Positions 1 to 11,800 of a stretch of DNA of 32,575 nt are shown here, piece after piece. Position 1 is the first letter of the stretch. Every line of letters starts with the position of its first letter. The stretch is from Bacteroidales bacterium (GTDB lineage: Bacteria; Bacteroidota; Bacteroidia; Bacteroidales; CAIWKO01): assembly GCA_035389045.1 (NCBI GenBank), contig DAOORA010000054.1, forward strand, positions 1 through 32,575, given 5' to 3'. Under the pieces are notes generated by a model. That model searched no databases. It was given only the letters and a program-made list of their open reading frames with translations, and was not told the origin of the DNA. The position numbers and the translations under genes were made by a program.

Positions 1-103
1 TGTATTGCGTGAACATAGGATCAAACTGAGCTTTAAGCCCATTATTCCAAAAAGCCGTAATGATGATGATCCCGATAACTAATTTGATTGTTTTATATTT
101 CAT
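1..103 (-). CDS. PorP/SprF-family type IX secretion system membrane protein, 5' part only (runs off the window edge)
   Basis: Not in the ORF track. Manual translation from ATG at 103 gives MKYKTIKLVIGIIIITAFWNNGLKA-QFDPMFTQY: a signal peptide followed by the QxDPxFTQY start typical of PorP/SprF. It lies 23 bp downstream of a type-B CTD gene, the usual position for such genes. Confidence 0.88.
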   Translation of the reverse strand, partial: MKYKTIKLVIGIIIITAFWNNGLKAQFDPMFTQY

Positions 104-126
104 ATTGTCAATATTTAAAGGTTATT

Positions 127-3100
127 TTAATATTGTACTATAATATACCCTTTTGCAGGAGCTAAGTCAGCGGTATTGAATTCAAGCACGTAGTAATAGG
201 TACCCGCCTGTACCTTTCCTTTGCCGGCACGTAACATACCGCTGTTGGGAACTCCGTCCCAGGTGTTGTCATATTGTTTCTTCTGGTAGATCAGGTTGCC
301 CCAGCGGTTGAATACTTTAAACTCATTGTCCGGATAGTTTTCAATACCTTTAATGACAAAGAAGTCATTGATACCATCATCGTTGGGTGAGAATCCATCG
401 GGAATATATAATCCTGTCGGTTTCAGCGTAAATGGCGTCGGGTCATTTTCTCCAATTTCATTGGTTATACCGTTTTCGTTAGGATCTATATCTGTTCCAT
501 TATCAGAACTGTCAGTGACGGATAAGCCTAAGGTTCCAATGCCGTTACCAATAGCGGTGTTCAGGTAATGTTCCTGCCAGAGACTATTGGTTCTGACGTT
601 CACGGTAAATTCAATATGGCTTATCTCGCCAACGGCAAGGAAGCTGGAGATTTTAAGGAGGTTAATATTCGAAACGCCGTCATAATTGGTGCTTGCAAGC
701 AGATTACCCGTCGCAACCGGTCCGGAACTGATGCTGAACGTGGCAGGAGCCGGGAATGTCAGCGATAAATCATCAGTCACCTGTACATCATGCAGTACGT
801 CATTACCAATATTTGCGACGGTCATAAAGAACGTGACATTGAATGTTCCATCCTTTTGTTTAATGATTTCAGTTACTTTCTTTGCCAAACCTATGACTGA
901 ATGAGCAGCTTCGGGAAGAACATTGATAATTAATAAGGCATTGTCACAGGCGCCTGCCGCATCACAGATGGTTATGCAAACGGTATCTGTACCGTTCCAG
1001 CCCGGGTTAGGCGTGTAAGTGATGCATACCTCGTTACCGATGACTACAGCTGTGGCCGTACCGTTATTAAAGCAACCTATGCTTGCAAGGCTGAATGGCG
1101 TAGGTCCGTCAATATCAGTGATCGGCAGGCAGACAGTAATGATGCTGTCCTGAGGTATGGTTACGGTGCTGTCATTTACCACGGGCGGATCATTAACCGG
1201 AGTCACGGTAATAATTACAAGTGCTGTATCGCAATATGAAGGAATGCCGGAATCACAGACCTCATAAACTAAAGTATCGGTTCCGTTATAGTTAGGATCA
1301 GGCGTATAGGTAATTTCACCAGTGCCCGGATTGATGGTGATGGTTCCGTTAGAAGGTGTGAAACATGCCGGGCAGAACGTGTTTACGGTTCCCGGATCAA
1401 TGTTATTATCGCAATCCGTATCATTGGCTAATACGTTGATGACAACCGGAAGATCCTCTGGAGTGGTAGCGTGATCAGTATTGGCCACAGGAGGAGAAAT
1501 GATCGTAATATACTGTATACAGGGTATACTTGTATTTCCTGAACCGTCTGTCGCTGTCCATGTTATTGTTGTAATACCTACAGGATAAGGGGCTCCGAGT
1601 GCTAAATTGTCGGAACGGATACCGGTAAAGGTAAGATTTGGTGAACACACATCTATGCCTGTAGGATCAACAATAGGCACCTCGGCATTGCATTGTCCCG
1701 GATCAGTGGTTTGCGTGATATCCGGCGGACATACGATCAACGGAGGTACATTTTCTGTAACCGTGATGGTCTGTATGCAGGGGATGCTGGTATTTCCCGA
1801 AGCGTCAGTTGCAGTCCATGTGATGGTTGTTATACCTACAGGATAATGTTCACTGAGCGCCAGTCCATCGGAACGGATTCCTGTAAAGGTAAGAGTAGTT
1901 GAACAGTTATCCGTCGCGGTCGGATTGATAATGGTAACATAGGCAAAGCATTGTCCCGGAGTGGCTGCCTGAGTGATATTGGCCGGACATGTTATTACAG
2001 GGGGAACATTTTCAGTAACAGTTACCGTCTGTATACAGGGTATGCTTGTGTTGCCCGAACCATCAGCAGCTCTCCATGTAATGGTAGTAACACCTATAGG
2101 ATAGGGAGCGTTTAGTGCTAAAGCATCCGAACGTATTCCTGTGAAAGTGAAAGTGGTAGAACAATTATCCGTAGCTGTAGGATTGATGATCGTTACATTG
2201 GCAAAACAATATCCGGGAATGGCTGTCTGTGTGATATTTGCAGGACAGATGATCACCGGTGGTACAATATCAGTAATGGTAACAGTCTGTATGCAGCTTG
2301 TACTGGTATTCCCGGCGCCATCCGTAGCCGTCCATGTGATAGTAGTAATGCCGACCGGATAAAGAGCATTAAGAGCCAGTCCATCTGAACGTATTCCGGT
2401 GAAACTGAATGTTGTGGAACAGTTATCCGTAGCGGTAGGATAGATGATCTGTACATTCGCATAACACTGACCGGGAACTGCTGTTTGGGTGATATTGGGA
2501 GGACATGTGATGACCGGTACTTGATTATCGTAAACAGTCACAGTTTGTAAACAAGGAATGCTTATATTTCCTGAAGCATCGGCCGCTGTCCATACGATTG
2601 TAGTAATACCCAAGGGATAAGGAGTATTGAGCGCTGCCCCATCGGAACGGATACCTGTAAAGGTAAATGTTGTGGAGCAATTATCCGTTGCTGTAGGATT
2701 GGGTATCTGTACATTAGCATAACACTGTCCGGGTATAGCTGCCTGTGTGATGTTGGCTGGACAGGTAATAACCGGTATCTGGTTGTCAATAACGGTCACG
2801 GTTTGTGTGCATGGAATGCTTGTACTTCCTGATGCGTCAGTAGCCCTCCAGATTATAGTGGTTATACCTACCGGGTAAGGTGCATTGAGTGCCAGCGCAT
2901 CAGAGCGGATACCGGTAAAAGTGAATGTAACCGAGCAATTATCAGTAGCTGTGGGATTGATGATGTTCACGTTGGCTGAACACTGGCCCGGAGCAGCATT
3001 TTGTGTGATATTTGCAGGACAAATGATCACCGGAGGCACATTTTCTGTAATAGTAACAGTCTGTATGCAAGGTATGCTGGTATTTCCCGAAGCATCGGTC

Positions 3101-6100
3101 GCTGTCCATGTAATAGTTGTAACACCTACCGGGTAGGGAGCATTGAGCGCCAGCGCATCCGAACGCACACCGGTGAAAGTGAAAGTTGTGGAGCAGTTAT
3201 CTGTGGCTGTCGGGTTGGTAATGGTAACATAGGCAAAGCATTGACCCGGAATGACAGGCTGTGTGATATTTGCCGGGCATGTAATCACCGGAGGCATATT
3301 TTCCGTAACAGTCACCGTCTGTAAGCAGGCTATGCTGGTATTTCCCGAACCATCAGCAGCTGTCCAGGTAATGGTAGTTACACCAACAGGATAAGGAGCA
3401 TTGAGCGGAAGGGCATCAGAACGTATTCCTGCGAAGGTCAAAGTTGTGGAGCAGTTATCCGTGGCTGTTGGATTGGTTATTGTTACATTAGCGAAACAAT
3501 ATCCGGGGATGGCTGCCTGGGTGATGTTTGCGGGACAAACGATCACCGGCGACACATTATCCGTAATAGTAACGGTTTGGATGCAGGGTATGCTGGTATT
3601 ACCCGAACCATCTGCAGCTGTCCATGTGATTGTAGTAACACCTAAAGGATAAGGTGCATTGAGCGCCAGGGCATCTGAACGCACTCCCGTAAAGGTGAAG
3701 GTTGTGGAGCAATTATCTGTAGCTGTTGGATTGGTGATAGTCACATTTGCATAACAATATCCGGGTATGGCTGCCTGCGTGATATCAGACGGGCAGGTAA
3801 TGACCGGCGGCACATTATCGGTAATGGTTATGGTTTGTATGCAGCTTATGCTGGTATTTCCGGCGCCATCCGTTGCTGTCCATGTGATGGTAGTAACACC
3901 TACCGGGTAAGGAGCATTGAGTGCCAGAGCATCGGAACGTACACCTGTGAAGGTGAATGTTGTTGAGCAATTGTCTGTGGCGGTGGGATTGATTATCTGT
4001 ACATTGGCATAACAGTATCCGGGTATAGCTGCCTGTGTGATGTCAGCAGGACAAGTAATAACTGGTATCTGATTGTCAATAATGATCACAGTCTGTGCGC
4101 AGGGAATGCTTATATTTCCTGAAGCATCGGTGGCCGTCCAGATAATGGTGGTGATTCCAACCGGATAAGGTGCGTTAAGTGGCAGCGCATCGGAACGTAT
4201 GCCGGAAAATGTAAATGTAGTGGAACAAAGATCAAAAGCTGTAGGATCAATAATAGTCACATTGGCCGAACACTGTCCCGGATCGGCATTTTGTGTGATA
4301 TTAGACGGGCAGATGATCACCGGAGGAACATTCTCCGTTACAGTAACAGTTTGTATGCATGGAATGCTGGTATTTCCTGAAGCATCGGTCGCTGTCCAGG
4401 TAATAGTTGTAACACCTACCGGGTAGGGAGCATTAAGCGCCAGGGCATCCGAGCGCACACCGTTGAAAGTGAAGGTTGTAGAACAGTTATCCGTGGCAGT
4501 GGGATTCGTTATGGTTACGTAAGCATAACAATAACCTGGGAAAGCTGTTTGCATGATATTCGCAGGGCAGGTAATCACAGGAGGTACATTTTCCGTTACA
4601 GTCACTGTCTGTATACAAGGCATGCTGGTATTTCCCGAAGCATCACCAGCCGTCCAGGTTATGGTCGTTACACCAATGGGATACGGTGCATTGAGTGGAA
4701 GAGCATCTGAACGAACTCCCGTAAAGGTGAATGTTGTGGAGCAATTATCCGTAGCTGTGGGATCTGTTATCGTTACGTTGGCAAAACAATATCCGGGTAC
4801 AACTGTCTGTGTGATGTCAGCAGGACAAGTAATAACAGGTATCTGATTGTCAATAACTGTCACGGTCTGTGCGCAGGGAATACTTGTATTACCCGAACCA
4901 TCGGCAGCCGTCCATGTAATTGTAGTAACACCTACCGGATAAGGGGCATGGAGCGCCAGTGCATCGGAACGTATACCGGTGAAAGTGAAAGTAGTAGAGC
5001 AATTATCTGTAGCCGTAGGATTGGTGATGGTCACGTTTGCATAACAATATCCGGGTATGGCTGTCTGCGTGATGTCGGGCGGACAAGTGATTACAGGAGC
5101 TACAGTATCCGTGATAGTAACAGTTTGTATGCAGGGTATACTGGTATTTCCGGAAGCATCGGCAGCCGTCCACGTAATTGTAGTAACACCTAACGGATAA
5201 GGGGCATTGAGAGCCAGTGCATCGGAACGTACTCCGGTGAACGTGATTATTGTGGAACAATTATCTGTTGCTGTAGGATTGGTTATCTGTACATTGGCAT
5301 GGCATTGTCCCGGATCAGCAGCCTGCGAAATGTCAGCAGGGCATGTGATTATCGGTGATCCGTATTCTGTGACAGTGATTTTTTGCTCACAGGTTACAAC
5401 TGAACCGTCAAGATAGACCACTGTCCAGGTGACAATGGTTGTACCAACCGGATAAATCCCGCTGGCATCGTTGGTCATAGTGAAAGAATTAGTTATACTC
5501 GCAACACAACCGTTGTTGATTAAAATGTCAGACAACGTATCAATAATTGTGGCAGTGCATAATCCTGAATCTACAGCCTGTGTGAAATCAAGCGGACATA
5601 TAAATACCGGGTTTGGAATAACCGTGAGGGTCATCGTACTGGTTTGGTCAGGACATGGTGCAATTCCTTGCGCAGTTATTGTGAGAGTCACACTTCCTGC
5701 AGTAACATCATCAAGACTGGGAGTATACGTAGGATTGAGATCGATAGGATTGCTGAATACTCCGGTTCCGGTGCTGGTCCATGATATGGCCTGATAATGA
5801 CTGGCCGTGGCGCCATTCAAAGGATAGGCTACTCCCTGGCATGTCTGTGCATCCGGACCTGCATCAGCTGCAGGAGGCTGGTTCACAATGATATGTATAT
5901 AGTCATTGATTGATTCACAAGGGCCACTATATATAACCCAGTTAAAACCGTATTCTCCGGCAGCCAGATTGGAAATGCCAGTAACCGGACTGAGGGAGTC
6001 TGCAATAGAAGCAATTGTTGGCCCAAGTACCTGTTCCCATACTCCGTAACCGTAAGCAGGAATATTTCCTGATACGGTTGTCGAGGTTGTTGTACCTCCA

Positions 6101-8722
6101 CCCAGACAAAGTACCTGGTCAGGTCCTGCATAAGCAGTTGAAGGCAGAGGATAATTGGTAACGGTAATGGTGTCGGTCGTGAAACAATTTACAGTAGTGT
6201 ATAAGGTATATACAAACTGATAAACACCGGGAATCATGCCTCCTATACTGGCATTTGGTGAGTTTGAAGGAAATAATGTCACCACATTGGGACCCGAAAC
6301 CTGTATCCAATTACCTGTAGTTCCGCTTGGTGAATTACCAATAAGGAAGGTATTGCTTTCGTGGCACCATTGCTGATCCGGTCCTGCTTGTGCAATTTGT
6401 GTTTGTATTACATTGAAGAAAACAGTGTCATTCGCACAGGCAGGTGTTAAGGGATAAATATCACAGACCGAAATAATAAACTGATCTGAACCATAATAAC
6501 CAGGATTTGGAGTATAGGTGAATGAGCAGTCATTGCCAATTGTTAAAGTTCCGTGCATTGGTCCTGATACTTGTGGTGTGGAACAATAAATTATCAGGCC
6601 TTCCGGGTCATAATCACCATTGCTTAAAATGTTTCCGGAATAAGTTTCATCCTGGCATAAATTAATATGTTCATTAACAGTAACAGGCGGATCATTATCT
6701 TCAATCGGATAAACTAACAGATATACGGTAGCCAGGTCACATTCCTGGGGTATGCCGTCGTCGCAGANNNNNNNNNNNNNNNNNNNNNNNNNNNNNNNNN
6801 NNNNNNNNNNNNNNNNNNNNNNNNNNNNNNNNNNNNNNNNNNNNNNNNNNNNNNNNNNNNNNNNNNNCGTTTCCGGACACCGGAGTGTTGATGTTGGTGT
6901 TATTGACATCGTTGAGAGCGATGGGCGGGTTGTTTTGTGAAATAATCGTAATATAAACCGTAGCGGTACTGCAATCACTATTGAAATCGCATATTGTATA
7001 AGTGAAACTGTCATTGCCAAAGAATCCTGCATTTGGATTATAGGTAAATGTTCCGTCAGGATTTACGATAACAGTTCCGTTTCCGGGATTAGTATTTGCA
7101 GTGACTAACACCGGTAAATCGCATATCCCAATGTCGTTGACCATAACATTTCCGGACACTGCTGTGTTGAGACTTGTTGTCGCATAGTCGTCTATGGCAA
7201 TAGGAATTCCGTTCACACTGACGGTTTGTTGACATTTCGAAGTGTTACCACATTCATCAGTCGCGGTCCATGTAATAATAGTTATGCCTGTTGTATAAGG
7301 CGGTACGGCATCATTACTGTATGTAACAGCAGAACACTGATCATTTGTTACAGGTGTTCCTAAATCTACTCCTGATGCTGTGCAAAGGCCGGAATCGGCA
7401 TTAACTTGAATATCAGGTGGGCAGGTTATTGTTGGTGGAGTGGTGTCCTGAACTGTAATAACCTGACTGACAGCTTGTGATGTGTTACCGCAATTATCGG
7501 TGGCTATCCATGTTCTTGTAATGCTGTAAGTTCCCGGACATATTCCGGCTATTGCAGCATCAGAAAAGCTGATTACCGGAAAAGGATCATAGTCATCTGT
7601 TACTGTAGGGGCAATGAAATTTGGAATAGCGGGGCAGTCAATGGTTGCATTGTTTCCCTGGCCTGATAAAACGGGTGCAAAATTATCCCGGGCGACAATG
7701 GTTACGTTTGCTGCAGCAGTGCAATTACTGGAATCTGTAACCGTAACACTGTATGTTCCGGCAGGCAACCCGGTAATCGAAGCACTGGTCTGCGCCGGTA
7801 TGGTATTCCATAAATAAGAAAAGGGAGGTGTTCCTCCTGTCACCGTCACCGTGGCGGTTCCGGTAGAATCACCCAAGCAATCTATATCCTCCTTTGCTAT
7901 TGTGGCAGTAAACGGTTGAAGGACTCCAAGACTTACACTGTCAACACCGATACAGGAGATAGCATCTGTAACAGTGATTATGTATGTCCCGGGAGCAGTA
8001 AACGGATTAACAACAGGATCTTCTATGTTTGAGGTATAACCTCCCGGGCCGCTCCAGGTATATGTTAAAGTAGAATTGCATCCATTGTTTGATGTGCCGG
8101 TTGAAAAAAGGTAAAGATTGGCGAGGTCACATGAAAGGCTATGAGAGGCTGTAACGTCAGGATTAATATTTATTGGATCACCTATGTTATCTATATACGT
8201 TTCACCCCATAAAGTCTGAAATGAATTATCAAATGTCAATCCAATAGGATTGGGATCGGGTGTAGGAGATGGGGATGGGGAATTATTCTCAAACATCCTC
8301 ATTCCGCTTGGGCAAACCGTGTTAGGTAAACTAAAAGTAAATAAAACTATATCGGAGCCTGCAACCAGCCCGGGAATAAATTCTGATCCGTTAGTGGCAA
8401 ATTTGTGATAGTCTTTTAATCCGCCAGGAGTCAGAATGTTATATACAGGAGTGTTGTCACTCCATCCTGCACCGGCAGGATTCACCGTTGTGACAGACGT
8501 TATCGGCACATCGGGAAATGATGCGGGAACCACAACACAGAAACCTGAGGGTCCTAAGTAATTATCAAAAATATCTACTATCCCGCCGACATGCAGGTGT
8601 GCTTCATATAAACAACTCACCGGATTGTACCTTATTTCAAATGTCGATTGCATTGAGCTTTGTGCTCTCAAAAAAGGTAGTAATGCAAAAACGAAAATCA
8701 GTGTTACTATTAATTTTTTCAT
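127..8722 (-). CDS. Giant T9SS-secreted adhesin-like protein with type-B (gliding motility-associated) CTD; one gene split into two ORF-track entries by the N gap
   Basis: ORF 6737..8722 supplies a signal peptide (MKKLIV...LRA-Q), an N-terminal beta-sandwich, SprB-like, HYR-like and Ig/Big_9-like domains up to the gap. ORF 127..7032 supplies, after the gap, Big_9/PKD-like domains, 15 HYR-like repeats, a DUF11-like domain and the CTD IPDGFSPNDDGINDFF...FNRWGNLIY...WDG...GTYYYVL...KGYIIVQY. The frame change is explained by the 100-N placeholder. Confidence 0.88.
1498..5367 (-). repeat. Intragenic tandem array of 15 x 258 bp (86 aa) HYR-like domains
   Basis: The DNCS-encoding anchor recurs at 1643, 1901, 2159 ... 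4997, 5255, exactly every 258 bp. Consensus PPVITCPANITQ..PG.C.ANVTI.NPTATDNCSTTFTFTG.RSDALALNAPYPVG.TTITWTA.D.SGNTSIPC.QTVT, with four Cys per unit. Confidence 0.95.
6768..6867. other. Scaffold gap (100 N, true size unknown)
   Basis: Run of exactly 100 N inside a repetitive coding region. Confidence 0.98.
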
Positions 8723-8803
8723 AATGGATAACTTTAGATGTTGTTATTAAACCGAATATTTTTAATCAAATATTATTTTTTATTTAGTTCTTCTGATTCA
8801 TTT

Positions 8804-11800
8804 TTAATAAGGTAATTGTTCAAATAGTACATTGAAATTGTAGTTGTGTGTCGGGTTGAGCGGGTAAGTCAGCACATTCTGGAAAATCAGATAGTAGTCA
8901 TCACCAGGCGCCTGAAATTTTACTTTTCCACTGAGGTCAGCATCTCCGGCAAAATAACCCAGAGCAAAATCAAAGTTATAATTTATGGGCACATTTGTGG
9001 GATAAGTGAGTACATTATAAAATATGGTGAACAAATCATCACCAGGTGCGCGGTACTTGATTTTCCTGTCCCTGTTAACATCTCCGGCCCACAAAGCCTT
9101 GGCCCCATCGGTCATGGTTTTCTGGGACAATCCTGTATAATTAAATGATGGTCCTGCAACAGGATGTGAGGTGCCAAAATTAAACTCCGGTTCGCTTCCG
9201 TCGGTGAAATTAACAAGTGTTCCTGCGGGTGTCAGTGTTTTGACATTGGCTGTCATGACTCCAAAGTGGTTACGATGACGTACAACCACATAATAGTTGA
9301 CATCATCCAAACCTGTGAAACATACAGGGCTTATGCCATCAATATCTACAACATTACCGTCGCGCTGTAACAGGGCTGAACGGGTATATTTTACATTTAT
9401 ATTGTTGTTTTTATCCCGAAGTTCAATGAAAACCCAATCAACGATGGCATTGGGGCCTGTTACTCCCAGAACTGTTGCGGAATCTGTAATTTGTTCTCCG
9501 CCACCGCCGCCATGATGCATGAATGTGGTATTATATGGTGCTGATGAATAGGGCTCTTTAACCGGAATAAACCCATGAACCCTCAGGGAGTCGGCCATCA
9601 GATGGTTTGTAGTTTTATAGGATCCCTGGAGAAATACCTTTACCATCAGACATCCTGAGTTGATATTGGGTGAGACAAGAATATAAACCGTAGCAGAGTC
9701 ACATTCCTGGGGCGTGCCATCGTCACAAACCTCATATACGAAATGATCCGGTCCTGTGTAATTCAGATCAGGTGTATACGTAAAGGTGCCGTCAGCATTC
9801 AGTATAACACTGCCGTGCAATGGATCAGTAAGCGGAGCGGTGTTCACGTTCTGGTTGTCTCCCTGAGGATCATAATCATTATCAAGCACATTGCCTGTGA
9901 CAGGTACATCCTGATTGGTGAAATATGAATCATCATGGGCAAACGTAGAATTCCCGTCATCGTTGGTCATAATATCAATCGTTACCATGGCAGTATCGCA
10001 TAGTGAAGGGATGCCAAGGTCGCAGATCTGATAGTCGAAGGTCACCTGTCCGGTAAATCCGATGACCGGAGTGAATTGGAAACTGCCATCGCTGTTAAGG
10101 ATGAGGTTGCCATTTCCGGGAGCAGGACCTATAAGAACAACACTGTTGGCATTTAGGTTGCCGTCGGGGTCGCTGTCGTTGGAAATAACGGTACCCACGA
10201 CAGGTGTATTGATACTGCCCTGGTATGCATCATTGATAGCAATGGGCGGATTATTAGCCGTATCCGGCCTGGTTACTGTAATAGTGACTAATGCTGTATC
10301 GCACAACGGGGGAATCACGTCGTCGCATACTTCGTAAACATAAGTATCTGTTCCTGTAAATCCGTTGTTTGGTACATAGGTATAAGAGCCGTTGGGGTAA
10401 ATAGTTACAGTGCCATTTACCGGTTGCGTCAAAGGAGTGGTATTGATGACAAGGTTATCCCCGTCGGGTTCATTGTCATTTGTGAGCATATTGCCTGTTA
10501 CAGGAGTATTGATAAGCGTGTTGTTGATATCATTTATCGCTACGGGAGGATTATTATATGGGAATATGAGGATATACACAGTAGCGGAATCACATTCCTG
10601 GGGTGTGCCGTCGTCACAGACTTCATAAACGAAATTATCCGGCCCGGTGTAGTTGGGATCAGGGGTGTAAAGAAACGTACCATCATCATTTAGTGTAAGT
10701 GTTCCATGCATCGGATTCTTGAGCGGAGTAATGTTCACCGTCTGGTTATCGCCCTGCGGGTCGTAATCGTTGTCACTGACATTTGCCGATACGGGTGTGT
10801 TAATATTGGTGAAATAGGCATCATCATGAGCAAACGTTGAGTTCCCGTCAAAATTCGTCTGTATATCAATAGTTACCAAAGCAGTGTCACAAAGTGGCGG
10901 TAGAGCCAGATCACATATCTGGTAATAAAATGATACCTGTCCGGTGAAATTGTTGTCCGGAACAAATTCGAAAGTACCGTCGGTGTTAAGCACCAGTACT
11001 CCGTCTCCCGGGGATGGTCCTACGAGTATCACACTATTGGGATTGAGGTTGCCGTCGGGATCACTGTCGTTAGTGATGACAGTTCCGGTGACAAGGGTAT
11101 TTATACTGCCCTGGTATGCGTCGTTGATAGCAACAGGAGGCTGGTTGAAGTTGCCTGGTTTTTTAACAGTGATGGTAACAATGGCCGTATCGCAAAGAGC
11201 GGGTATAATATCATCGCATACTTCATAGGTATAAACATCGATGCCTGTAAATCCGTTATTGGGAATATAAACATAAGAGCCGTCAGGATATATGGTCACT
11301 ATGCCATTTGACGGGTTAGCCAATGGAGTGGTGTTGATGACGAGATTATCACCATCGGGCTCATTGTCATTGGTGAGCATATTGCCTGCCACAGGGGTGT
11401 TGATCAACGTACTGTTGATATCATTTATCGCTACAGGAGGATTGTTATGAGGTAATACGAGAATATACACAGTAGCCTGGTCACATTCCATCGGGTTGCC
11501 GTCATCACAAACCTCATAAATAAAATTATCAGGTCCTGTGTAATTCAAATCAGGTACATAAGTGAATGTACCGTCATCAATAAGTAATACTGAGCCATGC
11601 ATAGGATCGGCTATCGGAAGAGCATTCACAGTCTGGTTGTCTCCCTGGGGATCATAGTCATTGTCACTGACATTTCCTGAAACAGCCGTGTTTTCATTGG
11701 TGATATAGGAATCATCATGTGCAAATGTGGAATTTCCATCCTGGTTGGTCATGATATCTATCGTTACCGTAGCCGTATCACATAAGGAAGGATTACCCAG

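Noticed and set aside
6737..7032. Apparent overlap or programmed frameshift between ORFs 127..7032 and 6737..8722
   Set aside because: Artefact of the 100-N placeholder, which is not a multiple of 3. The N-terminal 55 aa of the 2301 aa ORF and the last residues of the 661 aa ORF are off-frame translations.
8176..9655. A cellulosome-type polysaccharide-degrading complex
   Set aside because: No glycoside hydrolase or other recognisable CAZyme domain in any operon protein; the dockerin-like module is attached to adhesin-type repeats.
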